Shown: one piece after another, positions 40,102 to 49,657 of the stretch
How positions within the stretch are numbered: position 1 is the first letter of the stretch
How the letters are laid out: every line of letters starts with the position of its first letter
Origin: Alphaproteobacteria bacterium
GTDB lineage: Bacteria; Pseudomonadota; Alphaproteobacteria; MPNO01
Direction: 5' to 3'
Assembly: GCA_965203455.1 (NCBI GenBank)
Contig: CBDBCV010000015.1
Coordinates: forward strand, 219,359 to 283,358
DNA: 64,000 bases
Position numbers and translations under genes: made by a program
The notes under the pieces: model-generated
Databases searched by the model: none
Told to the model about the DNA's origin: nothing
Seen by the model: only the letters and a program-made list of their open reading frames with translations

Positions 40102-41739
40102 TTACCCTTGTTGACGTGTGAGGCCCGGGATTTTCGGGTCGAAGTTCCAGGGCATGAGTTCGTCGATGCGTGACAGGGGGTGCATGTCGATGATCCGGCG
40201 CAGGGTGTCGGTCAGGTAGACCTGCGGATTGACGCCGTTGAGCTTGCAGGTGCCGATCAGGCTGGCGCACCGCGCCCAGGTCCTGGCGCCGTCGTCGCTG
40301 CCGGCGAACAGCGCGTTTTTCTTTGTGAGCTTCACCGGACGGATGAGGTTCTCGACAGGGTTGGTGTCCATCTCGATACGTCCGTCATGGAGGAACCGGC
40401 ACAGGCCATCCCAGCGCTTGAGGGCGTAGCGGATGTGCCTGGCGAGTTCGGACGCGCTGGACAGACGGTCGAGCCGGGCCTCGAGCCAGGGCCGCATGGC
40501 CTCGACGATCGGCGCCGACAACTCCTGCCGCGCCTTCAGCCGCAGCTCTGGCGGGTGACCGCGCACCATGGTCTCGATCCGGTAGAGCGCCGCGATCCGT
40601 GCGAGGATTTCCTCGCACAGGGGCGACTCCGTGGCGCGCTGGAAGTCGACGAAGCGTCTCCGCCAGTGGGTCCAGCAGTAGGCGAGCACCCATGGGCTGA
40701 CCGTCTGCTTCGGATCGCCGAGCGCATCGTACACCCTGTAGCCGTCCACATGCAGCGGGCCGCCGCCGGTGTAGCCCCGCATCAACTCCAGAGCGACCTT
40801 CGCACTTCGATGGCGCGAGTGGTGGAACACCACGATCGGCGGGTCGACCCCGCCATAGCCGCGCTGATCGCGGGCGATCGCCCACAGATAGTCGAGGCGC
40901 GTCTTGCCGGTCCCCGGCGCCATCACCGGCACCGTGGTCTCGTCCATGAACAGACCGTCCGACGCCTTGAGGTGCTCGATCATCCGGTCGATCACCGGGG
41001 CCAGCACCTGCATCCCGCGCCCCGCCCAGTTCCCCAGCATGGTGCGGTCGAGGTCGATCCCCTCGCGCCGGTATGCCTCGCTCTGACGGTAGAACGGTTG
41101 GTGGTCGGCGAACTTGGCGACCAGCGTGTGCGCCACCAGCCCCTCGGTCGGCAGGCCGCGCGGCACCAGGTATTCCGGCGCCGGCGCCTGGACGCTCTGC
41201 TTGCCCTCGCAGGCGCGGCAGATGTATTTCGGCCGGATCGTCACCAGCACTCTCAACTTCGCCGGCACGATGTCGAGCCGCTCGGTGCGGTCCTCGCCGA
41301 CCCTGGTCATCGCGCCACAGCCGCAAGGGCACTCCGTGCTCTGCGGCTCGATCACCTTCTCGAAGCGTTCAAGGTGCCTGGGCAGATGGCCGAGATTACG
41401 ATTGGTCGGCTGCGGCTTGCGCCGTTCTCTGCCGGTCGCCGCGTCGGCCTTCTCCCGGGCTTCCGCCAACATCCCCTCGGCGACCGCGATGTCCTCGAAC
41501 AGCGGCAGCCGGTCCTGATCGGCATGGCGCTTCTCCGAGCGCGCGCCCCACACGGCATGGTTCAGCGAGGCGATGATCCGCTCCAGGCGTTCGCGCGCCT
41601 GCTCGGACACAGCCAGCGCATCCTCGGCGGCCTTGCGCTCGGCGCGCTCCTTCGCAAGTTGGGCTTCGACGGCCGCCAGACGGCGTTGCAGATCGCTCAC
41701 GGGAACGGCGCTTCCCATGCTTGTTGGCATCGGATCCAT
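40102..41739 (-). CDS. tnpC: IS66 transposase TnpC, intact 545 aa
   Basis: Identical to 37942..39579. Confidence 0.9.
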   Translation of the reverse strand: MDPMPTSMGSAVPVSDLQRRLAAVEAQLAKERAERKAAEDALAVSEQARERLERIIASLNHAVWGARSEKRHADQDRLPLFEDIAVAEGMLAEAREKADAATGRERRKPQPTNRNLGHLPRHLERFEKVIEPQSTECPCGCGAMTRVGEDRTERLDIVPAKLRVLVTIRPKYICRACEGKQSVQAPAPEYLVPRGLPTEGLVAHTLVAKFADHQPFYRQSEAYRREGIDLDRTMLGNWAGRGMQVLAPVIDRMIEHLKASDGLFMDETTVPVMAPGTGKTRLDYLWAIARDQRGYGGVDPPIVVFHHSRHRSAKVALELMRGYTGGGPLHVDGYRVYDALGDPKQTVSPWVLAYCWTHWRRRFVDFQRATESPLCEEILARIAALYRIETMVRGHPPELRLKARQELSAPIVEAMRPWLEARLDRLSSASELARHIRYALKRWDGLCRFLHDGRIEMDTNPVENLIRPVKLTKKNALFAGSDDGARTWARCASLIGTCKLNGVNPQVYLTDTLRRIIDMHPLSRIDELMPWNFDPKIPGLTRQQG

Positions 41740-41876
41740 CTTTCAGAATCAATGAGATAATGCAAGGCGACCATGCTTCCGGCCCCGCTGTAAACGGGGC
41801 CGGACAGCTCGTCCTGGCGACACCGGGGAGACGGTGGGATGGACACCGTTCCCCGGTGAGGCGACAAGGTGCGCGA

Positions 41877-42230
41877 TCAGGCCGCCTGGCGCGGCCGTGG
41901 CCGTCGCACGGCCCGGACCGCCCGCCAATCGAGACCCTCGAACAACGCCGAGAACTGCGCTGGCGACAGCCCGATCACTCCATCCGACGGGCGCGGCCAC
42001 TGGAAGCCGCCGCCCTCCAGGCGCTTGTAGACCATGACCAGCCCGGTGCGGTCCCAGACCAGGATCTTCATCCTGTCGCCCCGCCTGGAGCGGAAGGCGA
42101 AGACCGCGCCGCTATAGGGGTCGTGGCCCAGCACCGTCTGCACCACCGCCGACAGCCCGTCATGTCCCTTGCGGAAGTCGACGGGGCGGGTCGCCAGCCA
42201 GACCCGCACCTTCTCCCCGGTCAGGATCAT
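41877..42230 (-). CDS. tnpB: IS66 TnpB (Orf2)
   Basis: Identical 117 aa. Confidence 0.85.
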   Translation of the reverse strand: MILTGEKVRVWLATRPVDFRKGHDGLSAVVQTVLGHDPYSGAVFAFRSRRGDRMKILVWDRTGLVMVYKRLEGGGFQWPRPSDGVIGLSPAQFSALFEGLDWRAVRAVRRPRPRQAA

Positions 42231-42652
42231 GGCGCGGCCCGAACGCAGACCAGGATGCGCGACAGGTGCCCCGCGTCGAAGTCCGGCGGCACCACCACCC
42301 GGATGTCGGCGATCTCGATCGCGATACCGTCCCCGGGCGCCGATGCCGCGCCGTTCCGCTCAGCAGCCACCGACACCGTCACCGGGACCAGGCCGAACGG
42401 ATCGTCGACCGCGCCGGAAACCGGGCCAAGAAGGCCGTCCCGAGCCATGCGCCGCCAGCCGCTCAACTGCGTCCGCGAAAGGCCGTGGCGCCGGGCAACA
42501 CCCGCCACCGTCGCTCCCTCCTCGAACGTCTCCGCCACAATCCGCGCCTTCTCCGCTTCCGGCCACACCCGCGCGCCGTTCGCGCACGTCGCAACCGCAA
42601 CCGCAGCGTCGGTGGCCTCCTCCGTTACTCGCTCATGCAATCTGTCTGTCAT
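42227..42652 (-). CDS. tnpA: IS66 TnpA (Orf1)
   Basis: Identical 141 aa. Confidence 0.85.
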   Translation of the reverse strand: MTDRLHERVTEEATDAAVAVATCANGARVWPEAEKARIVAETFEEGATVAGVARRHGLSRTQLSGWRRMARDGLLGPVSGAVDDPFGLVPVTVSVAAERNGAASAPGDGIAIEIADIRVVVPPDFDAGHLSRILVCVRAAP

Positions 42653-44047
42653 CTGTCACCTCCGTCGTTGACAAGGGCCAGATGAACACGAAAATCTCAG
42701 GTCACAACGAGGGTGACGGCGCGGCGCTTACGCTTCCCCCCGTCTTGCGGTATTGCAGCTGCCAGCCGTTCCGCTCGGCCTGGGTCGGGGCGGTCCAGGT
42801 CAGGGACAGTCGGTCGGAACCCGGCGTGACCGACAGAGCCGTCGGCGGCTGTGCCGTCGGGCAGGTGACCCCGCCGGTCGGCGTCGCCGTCACCCAGGTC
42901 GTGGCCGTCCCGTCGCCGGCGCTGTTCACCGCCCGCACCCTGAAGCTGTACTCGGCGTCGTTGTCGAGGTTCCTCACCGTGTAGGTCAGGGTGCGGATGC
43001 CGGAACCGGGGATCGGGGCCCAGCTCGCACTGCCCCTGTCACCCGTCTTGGCGTAGATCAGCTTGTAGCCGGTGATGGTCGCGTCGTTCGGGTCGTTCCA
43101 GTTCAACGTCACCTGCCGGTCGCCCGCCGAAGCCCTGAAGCCGGGCGGGGCAGCGGGGCTGGTGACCCCGTCGTCGTCGACGATGGTCAGCGTGAGAGTG
43201 GCATCCCGGGTCCAGCCCGGCTCCTCGGAGGAAACATGCAGGATGATGGTCTCGTTGCTTTCGTCCCGGGTATCGCCGAGAATCCGGATCTTGACGGTTT
43301 CCTCGGTCTCGCCCTCGGCAATGGCGACGGCGGCGCTGTCCAACAGAAAGCACCAATCCGTATCCGCCGGTTGCAGCGGCGGCTCGCAGGCGTCCTGCGA
43401 TTTCGTGGGTTCCGTCGCCGTGCCCGGATCGCCGGCAGAGGAGATCAGGGCCGTGAAGTCCTCGGGCGCCGGCTCGCCGAGCGTGATGGTGACGGTGACG
43501 TCCGTGTGGCCGGAATTCCCCTCGGTGATCCGGGTCGAAGTCGCCGACAGCGTGATGGTCTTCGTGCTCGGGGCTTCGACGACCGTGAACGTGGTCGAGG
43601 TCGTCCCTTTCGAGGCGTCGCCGTCGGGACCGTTCCATTCCCAGGTGACCGTGTGCGTGCCGGGGCCCACCGTGGCGCAGGGATCGAAGTTGACGTTGCC
43701 GGTGCCGACGACCTGGGCGCTGATGACGGCGGGCGCCTCCGTGATCGACACGCCGTTCGTGGTGTCCTTGAGCGCACTGTCCGCCGGAACGGCGGTCCGG
43801 CCCGGGCGTTTCTCCAGATAGGTCGTGCCGTCATAGGAAACCGAAAGCAGGTTGTAGCACACCACCACCGTGCCCCCGGCCCCCGCCGTCACGCGCCTGT
43901 CCGGGTCGGAGATGAGAACCGGAGGGGCCGCGGTCGGGGTGGCGGGGGCATTGTTGCTGTTTGCAAATGCCTGTTCTACGGTACCTCCACCACTGAGCCG
44001 AACCGGCTGAACGCTGAAGGTATACGCGGTGCCGTTGGTGAGACCCG

Positions 44048-45040
44048 TTACCGTGTAACTTCTGGTTGAGGTGGCGTCGGTTTGTCGGACAGGCTGACGG
44101 CGTTTTCAAGGTGTATTCCGGTTGAAGTTTGTGCCGCCAGAATCCTCTTGGATCGATCTTTCTGCTGCTGCTGTTGCGCCTGTGGGTATGTGGTCAAGGC
44201 GCGAAGCGGCTTGTCCATCATATCCACAGGCGTGTCGCCCCGGTAGGCCTCGGCCGGCGTCCGCCCGCCGAGTGCCGAGTGCGGTCTCTCGGTGTTGTAG
44301 AAGCCGATCCACTGGCCGATGACGCGCCGGGCTGCGAAGCCGTCGGCGATCTCGTGCAGGTAGACCGCCTCGTATTTGAGCGAGCGCCACAGCCGCTCGA
44401 TGAAGATGTTGTCCATGCACCGGCCGCGGCCGTCCATCGAGATGCGGATACCGGCCTCCCGCAGGCGCGCGGTGAAGGCGAAGCCGGTGAACTGGCTGCC
44501 CTGGTCGGTGTTGAAGATCTGCGGGGTGCCATGGCGCGCCAGGGCTTCGTCGAGAGCCTCGACACAGAACCCCGCGTCCAGCGTGTTCGACAGCCGCCAG
44601 GCCAGGACGCAGCGGCTCGCCCAGTCCATGATCGCCACCAGGTAGAGGAAGCCGCGCCGCACCGGGATGTAGGTGATGTCGGCGCACCACACATGGTTCG
44701 GCCGCTCGATCGCCAGACCCCGCAGCAGATATGGATAAACCCGGTGCCCGAGGTGCGGCGCACTGGTCCGCGGCGCCCGATAGACCGCCTGAAGACCAAG
44801 CAGGCGCATCAGGCGAGCGGCCCGCCGCCGCCCGATCCGCACCCCCTCGCGGCGCAGATGCCGAACCATCTGGCGGGCGCCGTAGAACGGATACTTGAGG
44901 AACAGCGCGTCGATCCGGCGCATCAGAGCCAGCGTCTCCGCGCTCTCCCCCTTCGGCCGGTCATAGAGCGACGAGCGCCCGATCGACAGCAGACGGCATT
45001 GCCGGGTCAGGCTCAACGACGGGTGGCCCCGCACAACCAT
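44048..45040 (-). CDS. IS3 OrfB (DDE integrase-core transposase); stop codon lies 20 nt outside the IS end
   Basis: rve-type catalytic core (CADITYI...DWASRCVLAW...FNTDQGSQFT...ERLWRSLKYE). The frame runs ...KPTPPQ across the terminus and stops in flanking DNA. Confidence 0.85.
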   Translation of the reverse strand: MVVRGHPSLSLTRQCRLLSIGRSSLYDRPKGESAETLALMRRIDALFLKYPFYGARQMVRHLRREGVRIGRRRAARLMRLLGLQAVYRAPRTSAPHLGHRVYPYLLRGLAIERPNHVWCADITYIPVRRGFLYLVAIMDWASRCVLAWRLSNTLDAGFCVEALDEALARHGTPQIFNTDQGSQFTGFAFTARLREAGIRISMDGRGRCMDNIFIERLWRSLKYEAVYLHEIADGFAARRVIGQWIGFYNTERPHSALGGRTPAEAYRGDTPVDMMDKPLRALTTYPQAQQQQQKDRSKRILAAQTSTGIHLENAVSLSDKPTPPQPEVTR

Positions 45041-45408
45041 CGCCCGTCTCCCGGACCGGCTCAGCGACCGGACCCGCGTGACAAAAAATCACGCTCTACG
45101 ATCAACTCCCCGATCTTGGCGTGAAGAGCCCGGACCTCGCTCTCGTGATCCCGCGCCCGGCGCTCACCTCCACCGGAAAAGACCTCCCCCAGACCCTCCA
45201 TCGCCTGGCGCTTCCACACACCCACCTGGTTCGGATGCACCTGGTGCTTCGAGGCAATCTCCTGAAGCGTCCGATCACCCCGTAGCGCCTCCAAGGCTAT
45301 CTTCGCCTTCAGCTCCCCCGAAAACCTGCGTCGCTTGCTCATCCGCATTCCTCCGTCACACGGCGGAATACACCTTGACGACCTGTCCGATTTTGCGACG
45401 CCACCTCA
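44068..45408 (-). mobile_element. IS3-family element copy a (1341 bp) with 3-bp TSD GGT
   Basis: Terminal IRs TGAGGTGGCGTCG...TCGGACAGG...CAAGGTGTATTCCG at both ends. GGT repeated at 44065..44067 and 45409..45411. orfA/orfB pair in -1 frame arrangement. Confidence 0.85.
45061..45348 (-). CDS. IS3 OrfA (HTH)
   Basis: 95 aa, MRMSKRRRFSGELKAKIALEALRGDRTLQEIASKHQVHPNQVGVWKRQ... is the typical IS3 OrfA with HTH and leucine zipper. Confidence 0.85.
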   Translation of the reverse strand: MRMSKRRRFSGELKAKIALEALRGDRTLQEIASKHQVHPNQVGVWKRQAMEGLGEVFSGGGERRARDHESEVRALHAKIGELIVERDFLSRGSGR

Positions 45409-46040
45409 GGTGGCGGCATTGGAACTCGGGATGGTGTTAGTGACACTGGTCGCCGACCCCGTCTGGCTGTACCTCCAGGCGTTGTGCCCGCTACCGCCGT
45501 AGGTCCAGGTCAGCGTGACCTGCCCGTCGCCTGGCGTCGCGGTGAGGACGACCTGCGCCTGCGCGGCCTGGGGCGCGAGGGCGGCGGCGAGTGTCAGCAG
45601 CAGAAAGGCAGCAAGCGCCGCGCTCAGGCGGCGAACAGGTCTCCCGGGGGCGCCCACCGGATCAGCCCCGCGCCCGGATGCCGAATCCTCGGGGGGGGGG
45701 GTACGAAGGTCGCGCGCGCGTGAGGCGGTCACGTCCTCACCCCGCCCGGACAGCCGCCGCAGGAGGCCGCGCATCGCAATGACGCTTGCAATGTTCGTCA
45801 TGACCTCACCCCCGGTACCGGACTTTGATTGATGCGACCGCAGAACAGCGGCAGCAAGCCTTTCAGCCTCGTTCTTCTTTAGGAAAAACAGCGACCCGCT
45901 GCAAGCCCTGCGCGACCGCTGCATTGCTTGCCCGGGGTCCTGCGAAGGAGTAGCGTCGCCGGGAATGCAGGGTGCCGGGACGGCGGCAGGAGAAACTCCC
46001 GCGCGCGCCATAGGGCCCGGCGCTGCGCAGGGAGAGGGCA

Positions 46041-47606
46041 ATGACCCGGCAGCGTTTACCCATCGGGATCCAGGACTTCCGGACGATCCGGAGCGAGGGC
46101 TTCTACTATGTCGACAAGACCCCGCTGATCCGGCGGCTGGTGGACGAGGGGCGCCACTACTTCCTGTCGCGTCCGCGCCGCTTCGGCAAGAGCCTGCTGC
46201 TCGACACGCTGCGGTCGCTGTTCGCCTGCGACGAGCCGCTGTTCCGGGGGCTGGACATCCACCCGCACTGGGACTGGTCCGCGCCGCACCCGGTGGTGCG
46301 GCTCAGCTTCGACGGCAAGTACAACGAACCGGGCGAGATCGAGCGCAACGTCCTCAACCAGCTGGCCATCATCGAACATGCTGCCGATCTCGACACGGGG
46401 CCGGTCGCCGACACGGGGCCGGAGCGCCTGCAGAATGTCCTTTATCGCCTGCGCCACGCCACCGGCCGGCAGGCCGTGGTGCTGGTGGACGAATACGACA
46501 AGCCGATCCTGGACGTGCTCCATGACCCGGAGCTTGCGCGGGCCAACCGGGACTGGCTGCGGGGCTTCTACGGCATCGTCAAGGGCAGCGCCGAACATGT
46601 CCGCTTCGTCTTCGTCACCGGGGTGAGCATGTTCTCGAAGGTCAGCCTGTTCTCGGGCCTCAACAACCTCAAGGACATCAGCCTCGATCCGCGCTACGCC
46701 GCGATCTGCGGCTACCGGGACGAGGACCTGGACCGGGTGTTCGCTCCAGAACTCGACGGGCTGGATCGGGAGGAGATCCGCGCCTGGTACGACGGCTACC
46801 GCTGGCGGGGCAGGGAGCCGGTCTACAACCCCTACGATGTGCTGCTGCTGCTGGACAGCCGCGAGTTCCGCCCCTGGTGGTTCGAGACCGGGTCTCCGGA
46901 CTTCCTGTTCCGCATGCTGATGGAGCAGTCGGTGAGCCCGATGGAGCTGGAGGGCCGGCTGGCCGGGATGGATCTGGTCTCCAAGTTCGACGTGGGCGAC
47001 ATCGGCATCGAGGCGCTGCTCTTCCAGACCGGCTACCTCACCATCGCGGGCGAGGAGCGGGACGACTTCGATATCCTCTACCGTCTGGACTATCCCAATC
47101 GTGAGGTCCGGCTCAGCCTGAACCGGGGATTGCTCGCCTGGCTGGGCAAGAAGGGCGTCGAGCCCCTGGAGCGGGGGCGGGAGTTCTGCGCCCTGCTTGA
47201 GGCGCACGACTTCGCGGGCTTCGGCGAGACGCTGCGCGCCTGGCTCGCGGGCATTCCCTACCAGTGGCATGCGAGGGGGGACCTCGCGCGCTACGAGGCG
47301 TGGTATGCGAGCCTGCTCTACATGTGCCTGCGCGCGGTCGGTGCCGACCTGCGGGTGGAGGAGGCCTCCGCCCGCGGCCGGGCGGACATGGTGCTGCGTC
47401 TCGGCGGGCAGGTCTTCGTGATCGAGTTCAAGGTGGCGGAGACCGAGGACGGCCGCGCGGCCGCGCTCGATGCGGCCATGGCGCAGATGCGCGAACGGGG
47501 CTATGCGGACAAGTACCGCGACCATGACGGGCCGGTCCACCTGGTCGGCGTGGCCTGCGGCCGCGAGGCGCGCAACCTTCTCGACATCCGCGCTGAACCC
47601 GCATGA
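46041..47606 (+). CDS. AAA-ATPase-like domain protein with a C-terminal PD-(D/E)XK nuclease domain (PF09820 + PF08011 architecture)
   Basis: N-terminal FYYVDKTPLI...RPRRFGKSLLLDTL (degenerate Walker A). C-terminal PDDEXK_9-type region (...RADMVLRLGGQVFVIEFKV...). Sits between the adhesin start (divergent) and IS1182 copy 2. Confidence 0.75.
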   Translation: MTRQRLPIGIQDFRTIRSEGFYYVDKTPLIRRLVDEGRHYFLSRPRRFGKSLLLDTLRSLFACDEPLFRGLDIHPHWDWSAPHPVVRLSFDGKYNEPGEIERNVLNQLAIIEHAADLDTGPVADTGPERLQNVLYRLRHATGRQAVVLVDEYDKPILDVLHDPELARANRDWLRGFYGIVKGSAEHVRFVFVTGVSMFSKVSLFSGLNNLKDISLDPRYAAICGYRDEDLDRVFAPELDGLDREEIRAWYDGYRWRGREPVYNPYDVLLLLDSREFRPWWFETGSPDFLFRMLMEQSVSPMELEGRLAGMDLVSKFDVGDIGIEALLFQTGYLTIAGEERDDFDILYRLDYPNREVRLSLNRGLLAWLGKKGVEPLERGREFCALLEAHDFAGFGETLRAWLAGIPYQWHARGDLARYEAWYASLLYMCLRAVGADLRVEEASARGRADMVLRLGGQVFVIEFKVAETEDGRAAALDAAMAQMRERGYADKYRDHDGPVHLVGVACGREARNLLDIRAEPA

Positions 47607-47694
47607 ACGGGATTCGCGCCGTCCGGGATGCTCCTTTTGACGAACGCGAAAGATTCCGTTCCGATTGCATTCCGAAAGCGTGGATCGGCCCACT

Positions 47695-49657
47695 TGAGGC
47701 GTTTGCGCTGTCGGGGACGGGTTGATTTACAAGGCGTTCACGGAGGTGCGAGATTTTTGATACCCCGTGGTGGTCGTTGATATCCGGGGTTTCAGTTTCG
47801 CTGCGGCGGTCGTTTTGGCGATTTTCACCCCACGCCGCTGGTCGCGGCGTCTTGGCAGCGAGGTTTTCCTGCGGCGGCCTCGCGCGCCCTGATCGTGCGC
47901 ATGAGATAGAAGGTGTCGCCATCGGGCCCTGGGGCCCTTGTTCCACCACCACCCCTGGTCGGGAGAACAGCGATGGCGACGGCGGCGAAGCTACCCTTTT
48001 CGTGGCGCGATGTCGAAGTCCTGCCGGACCTTGAACGGCTGCGCCTGGTTCTGGCGGTGCTTCCCGACGAGGAGATCGTGACGGCGCTTGAAGTGTGTCG
48101 CGGTCGGGGCCGTAACGACTACCCGGTGCGGGCGATGTGGCGGGCGCTGATCGCGGGGGTGGTGTTGCAACACGCCTCGATGCAGTCGCTGTTGCGGGAG
48201 CTGGGGCGCAACCCGGCGTTGCTGGAGATCTGCGGGTTCGACCCTCTGCCGTATCAGAGCGGGCCGGTGACGGTGCTTCACGACGGGCATGCGGTAACGC
48301 GCCCGGCGCGGGTTCGTTCGACGGCGCCGAGCCACTGGAACTTCTCGCGGTTTCTGGGGCGTGTTGTGCAGCTTGAGGACGAGCAGGGGCTGGTGTCCGC
48401 CATGATCGAGAGCCTGCGCGCCGCGCTGTTCGCCGCGTTGCCGGACTTCGGGCGTCATCTCGGCTACGACGGCAAGGCGATCGCGAGCCACTCGACGGGC
48501 CGGGTCGGCAAGGACGAGGACAAGACCTCGGACCCCGACGCCGACTGGGGCAAGCACGAGACGGGCGGGGTGGACGCCAGGACCGGCGCGGTGTGGAAGA
48601 AGGTGAAGTCGTGGTTCGGCTACGGGCTGCACCTGATCGCCGACACCGATTACGAGGTTCCGGTGGCCTTCGAGGTGACGCGCGCTTCGGCCTCGGAACC
48701 CAAGGTGCTGTCCGGGATGCTGGAGGAGCTGTTCGCAAGGGCGCCGGAGATCGCCGGGCGCTGCGCCGACTTCAGCGCCGACCGCGGTCTCGACGATGCC
48801 CGCCTGAAGGCGCGGCTGTGGGACCGGTGGACCGCCCGCCCGCTGATCGATACACGGCTGATGTGGCGGGTGGAGAAGCAGGAGCCGAGATACGATCCGG
48901 CGCAGCCGATCACGCGGCCGCTGTTCCCCGACCGCGCCGATGTCATCGTTCACGACGAGCGCGGCCGGGTGTCCTGCGTCTGTCCCGGGACCGGCGAGGT
49001 CCGCGCTATGGCGTTTCAGGGGTTCGAGGCTGATCGGGGCCGCTGCGGCACGCTCAAATACCGCTGCCCGGCAGCCGCCTTCGGCTTCGCCTGCGCCGGC
49101 AGCCGGGCCTGCCACCGGGCCGGCGGGGTCAAGCCCGGAGACTATGGCCGCATCCTGCGCATCGACCTCGACAGCCACGACCGGCGCATCTTCACCCCCA
49201 CGCCCTGGGGCAGTCCGTCATGGCGGCGCGGCTACAACCGCCGCTCGGCCATGGAGCGGATCAACAGCCGCCTCGACAACAGCTTCAACTTCGAGACCCA
49301 CTACATCCGAGGCCGCGCCAAGATGAAGACCCGCCTCGGCCTCGCCCTGGCGGTGATGATGGCGATGGCTCTCGCCCAGGCCCGCGCCGGCCGCCCCGAG
49401 CGCATGCGCTCCCTGGTCGGCGCCGTGCCGTATCTCGACACCGGCTGACCGCTCGTCTGCCTCCCGACAATCCTGCCCGATCCCGCCGCCCGACGGCAGA
49501 GGGGAAGCCACGCCCGCACGCCAGACAATCTTCCGGTAATCGTATTTGTCAGGCCCCGGAAGCCCGTATCCTGCCCGGTGGGGAAGCGGGCCGGACGATA
49601 TTCAACCGCCAAAATCGAACCGGCGACAGCCAAAAATCACCACAGCGCACATTTCTC
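47695..49657 (+). mobile_element. IS1182/IS5-superfamily insertion sequence, copy 2 (1963 bp), identical to 19675..21638
   Basis: Same termini as copy 1; flanks differ from copy 1 on both sides. Confidence 0.75.
47973..49448 (+). CDS. IS1182/IS5-type DDE transposase (identical to copy 1)
   Basis: Identical 491-aa protein. Confidence 0.85.
   Translation: MATAAKLPFSWRDVEVLPDLERLRLVLAVLPDEEIVTALEVCRGRGRNDYPVRAMWRALIAGVVLQHASMQSLLRELGRNPALLEICGFDPLPYQSGPVTVLHDGHAVTRPARVRSTAPSHWNFSRFLGRVVQLEDEQGLVSAMIESLRAALFAALPDFGRHLGYDGKAIASHSTGRVGKDEDKTSDPDADWGKHETGGVDARTGAVWKKVKSWFGYGLHLIADTDYEVPVAFEVTRASASEPKVLSGMLEELFARAPEIAGRCADFSADRGLDDARLKARLWDRWTARPLIDTRLMWRVEKQEPRYDPAQPITRPLFPDRADVIVHDERGRVSCVCPGTGEVRAMAFQGFEADRGRCGTLKYRCPAAAFGFACAGSRACHRAGGVKPGDYGRILRIDLDSHDRRIFTPTPWGSPSWRRGYNRRSAMERINSRLDNSFNFETHYIRGRAKMKTRLGLALAVMMAMALAQARAGRPERMRSLVGAVPYLDTG

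Larger units (their letters stand above)
40087..42731 (-). mobile_element. IS66-family element copy E (2645 bp, complete, intron-less) with 8-bp TSD GCTTCCCC, opposite orientation to copy D and 492 bp from it
   Basis: Identical IRs. Direct repeats at 40079..40086 and 42732..42739. Confidence 0.9.
34573..45774 (-). pseudogene. Giant surface adhesin (signal peptide, multiple FN3 domains, three about 95-aa cadherin-like/He_PIG repeats, autotransporter-type C-terminal beta-barrel), interrupted by three IS insertions
   Basis: Coding segments 45409..45774 (signal plus first FN3), 42732..44067 (FN3 array), 39595..40086 (FN3) and 34573..36949 (3 tandem cadherin-like repeats of about 282 bp plus beta-barrel ending ...IRLDLTLRY). 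They are separated by IS3 (44068..45408), IS66 E (40087..42731) and IS66 D (36950..39594). The fragments read through the IS ends into artificial extensions. Confidence 0.65.
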
